A stretch of 64,000 nucleotides of DNA from contig CAWEXU010000030.1 of the NCBI GenBank assembly GCA_963813075.1, positions 384,001-448,000 on the forward strand. Direction: 5' to 3'. Made by a program: the position numbers and the translations under genes. How positions within the stretch are numbered: the stretch's first letter is position 1; the number at the start of each line of letters is the position of its first letter. The stretch is from Methanotrichaceae archaeon. GTDB taxonomy: Archaea > Halobacteriota > Methanosarcinia > Methanotrichales > Methanotrichaceae. Below are positions 19,588-28,956 of this stretch, one piece after another. The notes beneath the pieces are model-generated. The model saw only the letters and a program-made list of their open reading frames with translations. It was not told the origin of the DNA and made no database searches.

Positions 19588-19951
19588 ATTAAAGGAACAG
19601 GATGCTAAGCTTGCAGGTATTCAGTTGAGGGATAGCTATATAGATGAGTGATCAAGACCTGCTATCTTCAGAAGGCTTTTATGAGTTGTGGATCGGATCG
19701 TAGCATCCCTCTAGCTAAGAGAGTAACAAGGCCCTGAAGATCCTGGATCGCATAGAGCTTAGCTACTAAAGCAAATAACATGAGTTCCTCTGCGGTCAAG
19801 CTATCCAAGTAAGGCAAGCGTATACCTTTAAGAACTCCATAGCTTTATGAAGACTCTTAACTTGATGGGAGGATATTCCTTATGAAAGAGTTGGCGAGCT
19901 ATGAAGGAGGCCACGAGGATGGGTGTTGAGATGAAAGAAGATTTTTATGTT

Positions 19952-20156
19952 GGCGTCATTTCCTAATTCAGAAGGACTTGAATATGGCATTGCAGGAGGG
20001 CGAAATCCCGCTTCAATGCGATGTGCGTCTTTCTTCGCCCGATCAAAGATCTCTTCAATGCTCTGCTCTTCGTATATCCTTCTGGAGATCTCGACATAGT
20101 CGGCAGGCTCACGGTGAAACATAATCAGAAATTTATGGGCTCTGTTGGACCGGGGC
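19952..20156 (-). pseudogene. 5'-truncated copy of the 70-aa ORF cassette (13795-14000)
   Basis: RAHKFL.MFHREP.DYVEISRR.YE.QSIEEIFDRAKK plus shared downstream non-coding sequence. Confidence 0.8.
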
Positions 20157-20192
20157 ACGGAAATCTCGTGTAATTTCAATCTTTTTAAAATA

Positions 20193-20532
20193 TTAGTATT
20201 CTATGATTTCCTCACCATAAAAATTTTTTCGCACATCCATATGTGTCTTAAATATTTGACATGAATTCTTTATTTCTTGCTCTATTGCAAGGATCCGGTT
20301 AATTAATTCATTCTCAAAGATACAACCTATCATTAGCATTTCCATAGTTATGTTTTGTTCGTGCTTTTCATCTATTTGTATTGAAGACAATATCGATCTT
20401 TTTTAATTTATATTTATTCATTAATTCGGTTTCTTCTTCGGTTAATTCCGCTCTTGCAGACAACGAATACAATATTTGTCTTTTCCACAGAATATTACTT
20501 TCAGATTGATTCTTTATAAGAGATAGCTTCAT
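20193..20532 (-). CDS. Small hypothetical protein, split by a frameshift near 20385
   Basis: Two overlapping AT-rich ORFs that read as one ~110-aa protein ending FYGEEIIEY. Confidence 0.55.
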
Positions 20533-20608
20533 GCGATCCTCTCTGTATATTTTCATTTTATTTTATATAATATTGGTTCCTCAGATTCCAGCCGGGTGTA
20601 AAGGAGAG

Positions 20609-22260
20609 CTATTCTTCAGGCATGATGATTTTAGCCTTGACTCCTACTTGGTCAAGCAAGTAGAGCAGCCCGCCACCATCAATTAGTTCAAGAGGCTTAT
20701 CCTTTGCGAATTCATATGCATCAGGACCGTACCCGCTGGTTGTCACAATAATACCCTTGCTCGCCCCTTCATTCATCATTGTGCCATATAGATCACGCAC
20801 TGCAGAAACACCCACGGTATTTTTATATCTCTTGGCTTGAATTACCACTTTGCCGCCAAGGATAGGGCGAATGTCAAATGCTACTGCATCTACTCCACCA
20901 TCTTTTGATGCGCGGGTCAGCTTACTCTCTAGCCCCATCTTACCAAATAGATTACTTGTCAGATTTTCAAATTCACCGTAGGTTAAATCCATCAGGTTTG
21001 GCCTTGAATCAATGCCGCTTAAAACATCACCTTGTTCGATAAAGCGCTTATCAACCATATCAAATTCGACAACAGGCTTTACAGGCAATTGCTCATCAGG
21101 ACGAGATGACACCTGTGCACCAAGATTACGTAGACATACCAGCTTATCAATCCGACTTAGATTTAATTCATTAAAGCTATCTTTCGTTGTTCTTACAGAA
21201 ATTAAGCAGGGGTGAGCGTCTTTTCCAGTTGCTGGATCAGTCGTTGTGACAAAACCGTTAAACGTGACAACCTGGATGTGATTGCCTTGATCAGCTTCCA
21301 AAATTTCATGGATGGTACGAATGGTAATTGCAGCTACAATATCTTGATACAATGCTTTCATTTCGCTTGGCTTTCTGGCTTTTCCACAACATCGTCTTTT
21401 GATTTGTTGTATTTGTATTCTGCTACATTAGGGATAACATCGATCCACGGTAACTCGTATTCGACTACCATCTCTTTTGATTCCGGCGCATAAGCCAGTC
21501 GGAAACTCTTTGTAAATCCTTCAGGGTATTCAGAGCGTTCAAGTACCATTGTCGTATAGGTCTTTATGGCAGATGGATCTCCAGATTTATATGCAGCCTC
21601 TAGCTCACTTACTTCTTGATCGCGTTGCTGCACCTTTCTCAAAAATGCTTCGTGATTGCTATCGTATTCTGTTTTTAATTGCTCAAGTTTAGACTTCTTC
21701 TCGCATTCAAGTGCGTCATATGCTTTGACTGCATTATCATATTCAGCTTCTGCTGCTTGAGTTTCACGCTGATGTCGGCCTTTCATGCCCAAAGCGTTTT
21801 CAAGGAATCCCATTGATTTAACATTCTTCAAATAATCTTGCTTATCTGGGCGAGGAACTACCATTATTAATTCTTGCGGCGGTGTAAAAGGCGGAAATTC
21901 GTCTTTCACTCTCAAGGAGTCGAATTCAATAGTATCATCAATGTCGAGTGTATGTTCTAAGATTTTGCTTAGCTCTAAAATATAATTAGCATTTGCTTCA
22001 TTTTTCTCTTCAGTTTCTTCGATTCGGCCAGCAACATATTGCTGCTTAGCTTCTTTCTCCAGTTGCTTTCTTTCCTTCTCTGATTGGGCCATCTGGCGTC
22101 TTGCCGCTATCTCAGCTTGTTTCCTTTGCCGTTCTGCTGCCTTGAGCTGAGCTGCTTGTGCTTTTAATAGTCTTTTGCGATTGGTTTCTGCTTCACGACT
22201 AGCCCGAGCCGCCTCACGAGCAACGGCTTTCATCCAATTTGAGGTGAAACTTTTAGCCAT
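20609..22260 (-). CDS. mrr: Mrr-like restriction endonuclease with N-terminal coiled coil, split by a frameshift near 21380
   Basis: C-terminal Mrr_cat motifs EFE, DGGVD, IQAKRY, VRDLYG, IVTTS and LIDG. Adding one C restores KPRKPSEMKALY. Confidence 0.85.
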
Positions 22261-22485
22261 AACTATAGCCCATCCGTCAGTCTATATGAGTTTCTGAGCA
22301 TATCAACGGATTTTCCTCTACGAAATGATGGTGAGATCTATCACACGAAAAAGCTTTCGATATAAATATGAGAATTTTCTCGTATTAACGCTCGCGAGCA
22401 AGACACAACATCTCACATAATTTGACTACTACTTGTGGGGCCGGCTAAAAATATCTAGACTCACCATTCATTCAATAAATAGTCT

Positions 22486-22857
22486 TTATGGAGCTCCAAT
22501 TGGGACTCCTACTATCTGTTCAAATGAAGCCGCGAAGATGATAAATCCTATAATTGTTGTTATGGCCCCCATAGCAGATACCGTGTAATAGATTATGCTC
22601 AAGTAACCTCTCCTATTCTCGCGTTTCCAGTGGTCATTAATGAAAGTAATCCCAAACATAATGAATAATCCAGCAACGACTCTCGCCTCAGGCCCGAGAT
22701 CTCTTACCTGCGACATGATTCCTATCCAGAAAATAGTGATCCATGCCAAAACTATCATTATTAGCTTAAATACTTCAATAACTGCAGTTACAGATTGTGA
22801 AGGAGCTTTGCTCGAATCCGGATCAGAAGATTCTTCCACGATATTCTCATTTGACAT
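22486..22857 (-). CDS. Hypothetical membrane protein (3 TM)
   Basis: Three hydrophobic segments; starts immediately after the tRNA 3' end. Confidence 0.55.
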   Translation of the reverse strand: MSNENIVEESSDPDSSKAPSQSVTAVIEVFKLIMIVLAWITIFWIGIMSQVRDLGPEARVVAGLFIMFGITFINDHWKRENRRGYLSIIYYTVSAMGAITTIIGFIIFAASFEQIVGVPIGAP

Positions 22858-22872
22858 GTCTTATAATATCTA

Positions 22873-22955
22873 TGCGGGGGACGGGAGTCGAACCCGCGAA
22901 CACCTTCGTGACAGGGTCCTAAGCCCTGCGCCTTTAACCACTTGGCAACCCCCGC
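22873..22955 (-). tRNA. tRNA-Leu (TAG)
   Basis: GCGGGGG acceptor stem, D-loop TGG, CAGGG-CTTAGGA-CCCTG anticodon arm, long variable arm, GGTTCGACTCC T-arm, discriminator A, no encoded CCA. Confidence 0.97.
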
Positions 22956-23197
22956 GCTTGCTATCGACTTTCTGATAATCTCGCCCTTGGTAGTACGGGA
23001 CTTGGCCTTCATTGCTTCGCGGTGGATAAAAACATATCGAAGCCAATGGATTATGGGGCTCTTCGCTATAATTGCGCGGGTAGTGTACTGCAGAAAATAT
23101 TCCTTTGTGCCTTCGTGCCTTTGTGGTGAGGCCTGAGCATCCCGATTTCACCCGAGACAAATAGGCACAAAGAAAAGAAAATAGGGCTCAACGCTAT

Positions 23198-23657
23198 CTA
23201 TCCTTCTGCGATCCCTTCAGGCCCGCCGCCCTTGCGCGCCCTCCTGGCCGCCGCTATCAGCTCTCTCATCTCCCCGGGGGAGAGATCGTGCCTGTGCTTC
23301 TGATCATCCCACTCCCGCCGGAAGGGATAAAAGTACTCATAAAGCTCCAGAATATCCCGGGACCAGAGAACCAATACCCTCTTCTATCACTGCCATCTTG
23401 ATATGCAGCGGCAGGATCTCGAAGATTCTCAGGTCGTACTTCTCGGAACGAAGATGGGAGACGAACTCCCTCCACAGCCCTGCCCTATCCTCTGCCTCCG
23501 GGGCCACCAGGCAGAGGTCTATGTCGCTATCCGGCCCGGCATCGCCCCGCGCCCAGGAGCCGTAGAGCAGCACTCCTAAAACCCTCTTCTCCCAGGAGGG
23601 CTCTGCCAGAAACTGCAGCTCTTTTCCTAGCCGTTCGCTAACGACCTCTCCAGCCAT
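23198..23657 (-). CDS. Minimal nucleotidyltransferase (MNT) antitoxin, +1 frameshift near 23372
   Basis: LYGSWARG..DSDIDL; corrected frame continues LELYEYFYPFRREWDDQKHR. Confidence 0.85.
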
Positions 23658-24067
23658 CCCTCCACCTCCTCTCCGAAGGCGACAATCCCGCCCTCCAGAT
23701 CCTTCATGCTCTGCATGGCTACAAGATCGTCTCTCCGATTGTACCTGTGGACCAGATGGTTGCGAAGGCCATTGGCCTCGATGAGAACCTCTCGGGACTG
23801 GGCGGAAAGAGCAGCGAGCCTTTCCAGGTTGCTGTAATCATCCTGAGATGTTATGCCCAGATCCTTGCACATCATCGCCACCAGATCCAGGCTGGCCTCT
23901 ACTGCCTCCTGAAAGGCTTTGTAGACTGCGAGCTTGGTCTTGTCGTCCTCTAAAAAATCGTCCTCGGAGACCTCCGCCAGCCACTCCTGCACCTGTCCCG
24001 CTCTCTTAAAAACCATATCCAGCTTATCTTTGTACCGGCAGGCTCTTTTTGCAGTGATGTGGATCAT
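23627..24067 (-). CDS. HEPN (DUF86/HepT-like) RNase toxin
   Basis: GLRNHLVHRY Rx4HxY motif; overlaps the MNT gene. Confidence 0.9.
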   Translation of the reverse strand: MIHITAKRACRYKDKLDMVFKRAGQVQEWLAEVSEDDFLEDDKTKLAVYKAFQEAVEASLDLVAMMCKDLGITSQDDYSNLERLAALSAQSREVLIEANGLRNHLVHRYNRRDDLVAMQSMKDLEGGIVAFGEEVEGWLERSLANG

Positions 24068-24075
24068 GGAACACC

Positions 24076-25000
24076 TCACTTCTCGCACTGCTTCTCTCCC
24101 ATCAGCCAGGCCATCACTGCTTTGCTGGTGTGCATCCGGTTCTCCGCCTCATCGAATACCCGGGACCTGGGCCCGTCCATCACCTCATCGGTGATCTCCT
24201 GCCCCCGGTGGGCGGGCAGACAGTGCAGGGCAATAGCCCCCTCCGCCGCAGCGGCCATGAGTTCGGAGTTGATCTGATACCGTCCGAATACCCGCAGGCG
24301 CTCCGCCTCCTCCGCCTCATCCCCCATGGAGACCCAGGTGTCGGTGACCAAAACGTCCGCACCTCCGGCCGCCTCCTCCGGCTCCTCGACCACCCGCGGG
24401 CTTCCCCCCAGGGCGCGGGCCTCTTCCAGTATCGCAGGCCTGGGCTGGTACCCTGGCGGGGAGGCCACAGTGATCTCCATCCCCAGGATGGCCGAGGCCA
24501 GGATCAGGGAGTTGCAGACGTTGTTCCCATCCCCAACCCAGCCGATCCGCAGGCCATCCAGAGCCTGAAAGTTCTGGCGAATGGTCTGCAGGTCCGCCAA
24601 TATCTGCAGCGGATGCTCCCAGTCGGAGAGGGCATTGACTACGGGACACGGACGCATGCTCCGCCAGCTGGAGCACAGTGCCGTGAGAGTGGACCCGGGC
24701 GGTGATGCCATGCACATATCGGGAGAGAACTCGGGCCGTATCGGCAATGGTCTCCCCCCGGCCCAGCTGCAATTCGTTTGCCGATAGGTATAGCGGATGG
24801 CCGCCCAGCTCCCAGGCTGCCACCTCCAGGCTGACCCGGGTCCTGGTGGAGGGCTTCTCGAAGATCATGGCCAGGCTCTTTCCCTCCAGCGGCTGGCCGT
24901 GCTGGCCGCGCCTGGCCCGGAAGGCCTCAGCGCTCTGGATCAGCTGCAGAATATCCTCTCGGGAGAGGTCGGCTATGGAGATGAGATTCATGCTCTGCAC
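24076..25000 (-). CDS. argF: Ornithine carbamoyltransferase, +1 frameshift near 24647
   Basis: FEKPSTRTR, HPLQILAD, GDGNNV, TDTWVSMG, HCLP and AENR motifs across two frames. Confidence 0.95.
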
Positions 25001-25007
25001 CTCACTC

Positions 25008-25395
25008 TTACTCTTTTATCCTCTGCACAATCTCGGACAGTGCAGTCACATTATCCTGAGAGGGTGTGACCGTGGCTGATATACCTTTGAACCCCAGGGC
25101 ACCGTGCCTGCACGGCTCGTCGTCCTCCAGCTGATGGGACCACGGGCTTTCGATCATGAACGCCACGCCCGGATGAGCCTTATCCCCAGACGCCCTGGCC
25201 ACGAGCACCAACTTGCCTCATCTCATTCTCCACGGAAACCCGCGCCCCGTCCTTCACCCCCAGATTTGCCAGGTCCTCCTTGTCCATGAGGATCTGGGCG
25301 CTGAGCTGAAGGCACTCATCGGAGTGCATCCCTTTCCTTTCCGCCTCATACTGGAAGATATCCTCGTAGGTGGCGATCTTAACTTCCACTGCCAT
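25008..25395 (-). CDS. fwdD: Formylmethanofuran dehydrogenase subunit D-like protein, frameshift near 25219
   Basis: Molybdopterin dinucleotide-binding pattern (DL..LGVKDG..V.V..G..F..SPW..GFKG); follows fwdB. Confidence 0.75.
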
Positions 25396-26646
25396 TTACA
25401 TCGCCTCCATAATCCTGGTCAGAATCTGCTCTTCTGCCAGCCTTTCCGTCTTCATAAATGGCTCTAAGCTCACCTTCATCCCGTCCGTTCGGATGGCCGT
25501 CCCCCCGGCCTCCAGGCCGGAGATGGCGGACGGTATGACCACTAAAGCAGCATCGGAGGTGATAGACCGGCACGAATCTATGGCGATGATGGGCACCTTG
25601 GCCAGAGCCCTGGCCACGCCCACGGGCAGCTCTGCCAGCGGGTCAGAGCCTAAGGCCAGGAGGGCATCAGCCCTCTTCGCCGCCCCGGCGAGGGTGTCCT
25701 CCGAGCGGTGAAGAACCTCCCCTTTGTCATGCTGAAATGACACCCCCTTAACATATCCCGTCCGGTCAAGCAATAGCTGGTTGAACCCGCGGGTGTTGAA
25801 CCCTCCTGCCACTGGAATGGCCTTGAAGGTGGTGACCTCATTCAGCCGGGCCATTAAATCAGAGAATAGCTCCATCTTGCCCTGCAGGGACTGGAGCATA
25901 CTCCTGCCGGGGAAGATCACCCCGTACTCAGTCTTCTTAAGAATGCTCCCCAGCTCGATCATCTTCTTCTTGTCCCCGAACTTGGGAATCTTCCCCTCCA
26001 GCACATTCAGCATCGCCTCCAAAAACTGGAGATCCTCACCCGGACCGATCCGGTAGGTGGTGTCGGGACAGAGTTTGGCAGTGGGAGATTCCCTCACATC
26101 CACCACGATGCAGGTCCTCTCCTCCTCGTAGCTCTTCTGCCTCTTCTCGCCCCTGGGGAAATAGGAGAACCGGGACAGATGGCGGGGCTGGCTGCTGGAG
26201 GGGTCTGAACCCCAGAATATGGACGTGTCGGCATAGTTGCGCACGTCGTCTAAAGTGCAGCTGGGAACCTTTCCCGCCAGGACCATTTCCATGAAGATGC
26301 CCTCGCAATAGGTTGAGGGATCATCAACAGCAGCGCCAATCCTCTCCGCCAGATCCATTCCCGCCGCCTGAGCCTCGGAAGAGGAGTTTGACCAGCCGTA
26401 AATCAGGGGTGACTTGGCATCCTTCAAAATCTCTGCCGCTCGGGCGATGGCCTGGTCCAGGGAGACATCCCGGCCCTCGATCATGGGCTTAGTCCTTTCG
26501 GCAAATAGGCTCTGGTAATGGGCCTGCCCCTTTCGGCAGATGTTTCTTGCCTGGGGGACAGCTTCCTTATCCGGGTAAAGGATATCCTCGCAGATGAGCG
26601 CGCAGCCTGTGCAGCTCTTGTAGTTGTAGTCGGTCATACAAATCAC
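25396..26646 (-). CDS. fwdB: Formylmethanofuran dehydrogenase subunit B
   Basis: CTGCALICEDI, PLIYGWS, CTLDDVRN.AD..FWGSDP..PRHLSR and GTAIRTDG motifs. Confidence 0.92.
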   Translation of the reverse strand: MICMTDYNYKSCTGCALICEDILYPDKEAVPQARNICRKGQAHYQSLFAERTKPMIEGRDVSLDQAIARAAEILKDAKSPLIYGWSNSSSEAQAAGMDLAERIGAAVDDPSTYCEGIFMEMVLAGKVPSCTLDDVRNYADTSIFWGSDPSSSQPRHLSRFSYFPRGEKRQKSYEEERTCIVVDVRESPTAKLCPDTTYRIGPGEDLQFLEAMLNVLEGKIPKFGDKKKMIELGSILKKTEYGVIFPGRSMLQSLQGKMELFSDLMARLNEVTTFKAIPVAGGFNTRGFNQLLLDRTGYVKGVSFQHDKGEVLHRSEDTLAGAAKRADALLALGSDPLAELPVGVARALAKVPIIAIDSCRSITSDAALVVIPSAISGLEAGGTAIRTDGMKVSLEPFMKTERLAEEQILTRIMEAM

Positions 26647-26647
26647 C

Positions 26648-27109
26648 TCAGACGAACTCTATGGCCTTGCTCGGGCAGGTGGCAGTACAGGCATTGCAGA
26701 GAATTTTATTGGGCCCGAATCGGCGGCACTCCTCAAGATTGAAGGCCTTCACCACGCCATCCTCCACCCGCAAGATGACCTTCTCGCTCTCCGGACCGAG
26801 GCCCGCGCCGCACCTGGTGGGCTCAGCCGCCACATTGACCGGACAGGCGATAACGCAGTTGCCGCAGCCAAAACACTTCTCCGGATGAATGACCAGGCCG
26901 GTATCCGAGGCGCTCTCCAGCGGAGCCACAATCTCCCTCAGCTTGGCGAGCTTGGCCTCGTACTTCTTCTCTTCAATTAGTGGAGTGCACTCATCCAGCT
27001 TCTTCTCCCGGCCCAGAAGGCCCACGGCAAAAGCCATGCAGGTGGGAAGCCCGCACTTCTTGCAGTTGGTCTTGGGCAATAGCATATAAAGTTCCATGGC
27101 GCTGACCAT
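26648..27109 (-). CDS. fwdG: FwdG-like 4Fe-4S ferredoxin with N-terminal FeS domain
   Basis: LPKTNCKKCG..TCMAFA..C; CFGCGNCVIACP; C..CNACTATCP. Confidence 0.8.
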   Translation of the reverse strand: MVSAMELYMLLPKTNCKKCGLPTCMAFAVGLLGREKKLDECTPLIEEKKYEAKLAKLREIVAPLESASDTGLVIHPEKCFGCGNCVIACPVNVAAEPTRCGAGLGPESEKVILRVEDGVVKAFNLEECRRFGPNKILCNACTATCPSKAIEFV

Positions 27110-27213
27110 AACCAGATACCTCAGTTTGGGATGGATACAATAGTTGCCTCAATCTCGATCATATTTATTGCCTGCGCAAAGCTTTTCATACTTCTTCAGG
27201 AATTGTCTTTTCA

Positions 27214-28956
27214 ATGCCCTTCAGCAACCCCACCGCCCTCCTGGGCCTCCTCGGAATAATACCTCTGGTGATAATCTACCTCATCCGGCCCCGGCCAAAG
27301 GAGGTCCGCTTCTCTTCCACCCTGTTTTTGCGTGAGGGGGAGGCGAAGCGCACCGCTGTGCTCAGCCGTCTGATAAGCGATCCCCTCTTCTGGGTGCAGC
27401 TTTTGGCCCTGTGCTCTCTCTCCCTGGCTGCCGCCGGGCCCTACATCGAAGAGCAGGGACCGGCAAGCAGCCACCTGGTGGTGGTTCTGGACGGCTCGGC
27501 CAGCATGCAGGCCTCATTTTCCGCTGCCCTGAATCTCATCGATCCAAACCTGGACCGCTATGAGAAAATCAGCATCATCCTGGCCAAGAACATGCCTGAA
27601 ACGGTCCTGGTCGAGGGCAGCCAGGCTGAGGCCCGCGATCTTCTATCGCAGCTTGAGCCGGCCGCAGTCTCCGCCGACCTCTCCAGCGCATTGACCCAGG
27701 CTGGCATACTCCTGGGCGGCAGCGGGGGAGATATCCTGCTGGCCTCGGACTTCGCCAGCTGGACGGGAGACGACCCCGATGTCACCCGCAGGCTCATCGA
27801 GGCCAGCGGCCGGGTGGGAATAGTCTTTGCCGACTCATACCAGGGAAAAGAGAACATCGCCCTGACCGAGGGCTGGAATGTGCCGGGAACGGGATACGTC
27901 AATCACACCGCTCTGGTCCACAACTACGGCCCGGCAAAGACGGTGCCCATCACCATCACCGGTCCGGGAGGCACTACCCGCCAGGCGGCCCAGATCCCTC
28001 AGGGCGGCGATTACTACCTATCCTTCACTGCTTATCCCGGAGTGAATCAGATCTCATTGGAGCTGGAGGACGCCATCTCCTGGGACAACCAGGCCTATGT
28101 ATATGTCCCCAGCCTGGCGAAGAAGAATGTCCTTTATCTGGGCGAGCCAGGGCCAGCGCTAAAAGCCCTCCAGTCCCTGCCCAATGTGGATGTGATGACC
28201 TCGGGCAGATACTCGGACTTCGATCTGATCGTCCTGGCAAAGAATGCCTCCGTGGACGGCGAGCTGAACCGCTACATCGACGGGGGCAGGGTGATCTATA
28301 TCTCTTCGGAGCTGAGCAATCCGGAGTACCTTCCGGCCAGGGTGACGGGAAAGCTATCCGGCCCGGCCAGCCTGTGGGTTAGAAATCCTGGGTTCGCTGA
28401 AGGCCTGCACTTCGATGAGATCGGAATTTATGCTTACCCGGAAGCTGCTCCTCGCCGGGGCTCCACCACCATAGTGGAGGCCAATGGGGTCCCCATCCTC
28501 TCCTACTGGCGGCTGGGCGAGGGAATTGTGGTCTATAACGGCCTGGAGATGGACTCGGACTTCTATCTGCGCCCCGAGTACCCCATATTCTGGTATCAGA
28601 TGGTCAACTGGATGACCGGAGTCCCCGATATTGAGGACTCCAACCGGAAGACCGGCGAAGTCATCGCTTTGGGTGAGCAGGGCCCCATCCAGGCCCCCGG
28701 AGGGAACCTCTTCGCCAGCACCGTAAGCTTAGACCAGGTGGGAGTCTATCGCTTCCTGGGTCGGGCAGTGGCGGCGAACATGTACAACCCCACCGAGTCC
28801 TCCCTTTTCCGCAGCCGGGACTTTGAGGGGGGAGAGTTTTTGGGAGAGGTCGGCAATGCCACCGTAAAGAAGGACCTATCCCTCTGGGTGATAGCCCTGG
28901 CCGCCCTGGCCATCATCCTGGAGCTTTTAATCATGCGCTGGAGGAGAGAGACATGA
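27214..28956 (+). CDS. BatA-type N-terminal double-TM + vWA domain protein
   Basis: F.NP.AL..P..IIYLIRP..FSS..FL, VVLDGSASM MIDAS, C-terminal TM. Confidence 0.85.
   Translation: MPFSNPTALLGLLGIIPLVIIYLIRPRPKEVRFSSTLFLREGEAKRTAVLSRLISDPLFWVQLLALCSLSLAAAGPYIEEQGPASSHLVVVLDGSASMQASFSAALNLIDPNLDRYEKISIILAKNMPETVLVEGSQAEARDLLSQLEPAAVSADLSSALTQAGILLGGSGGDILLASDFASWTGDDPDVTRRLIEASGRVGIVFADSYQGKENIALTEGWNVPGTGYVNHTALVHNYGPAKTVPITITGPGGTTRQAAQIPQGGDYYLSFTAYPGVNQISLELEDAISWDNQAYVYVPSLAKKNVLYLGEPGPALKALQSLPNVDVMTSGRYSDFDLIVLAKNASVDGELNRYIDGGRVIYISSELSNPEYLPARVTGKLSGPASLWVRNPGFAEGLHFDEIGIYAYPEAAPRRGSTTIVEANGVPILSYWRLGEGIVVYNGLEMDSDFYLRPEYPIFWYQMVNWMTGVPDIEDSNRKTGEVIALGEQGPIQAPGGNLFASTVSLDQVGVYRFLGRAVAANMYNPTESSLFRSRDFEGGEFLGEVGNATVKKDLSLWVIALAALAIILELLIMRWRRET

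Noticed and set aside
19590..19950. Possible gene or RNA downstream of OLD
   Set aside because: Only short broken ORF fragments and one weak inverted repeat; cannot support a call.
24640..24655. Programmed frameshifting in argF and other split genes
   Set aside because: No slippery heptamer or stimulatory structure; sequencing indels are more parsimonious.
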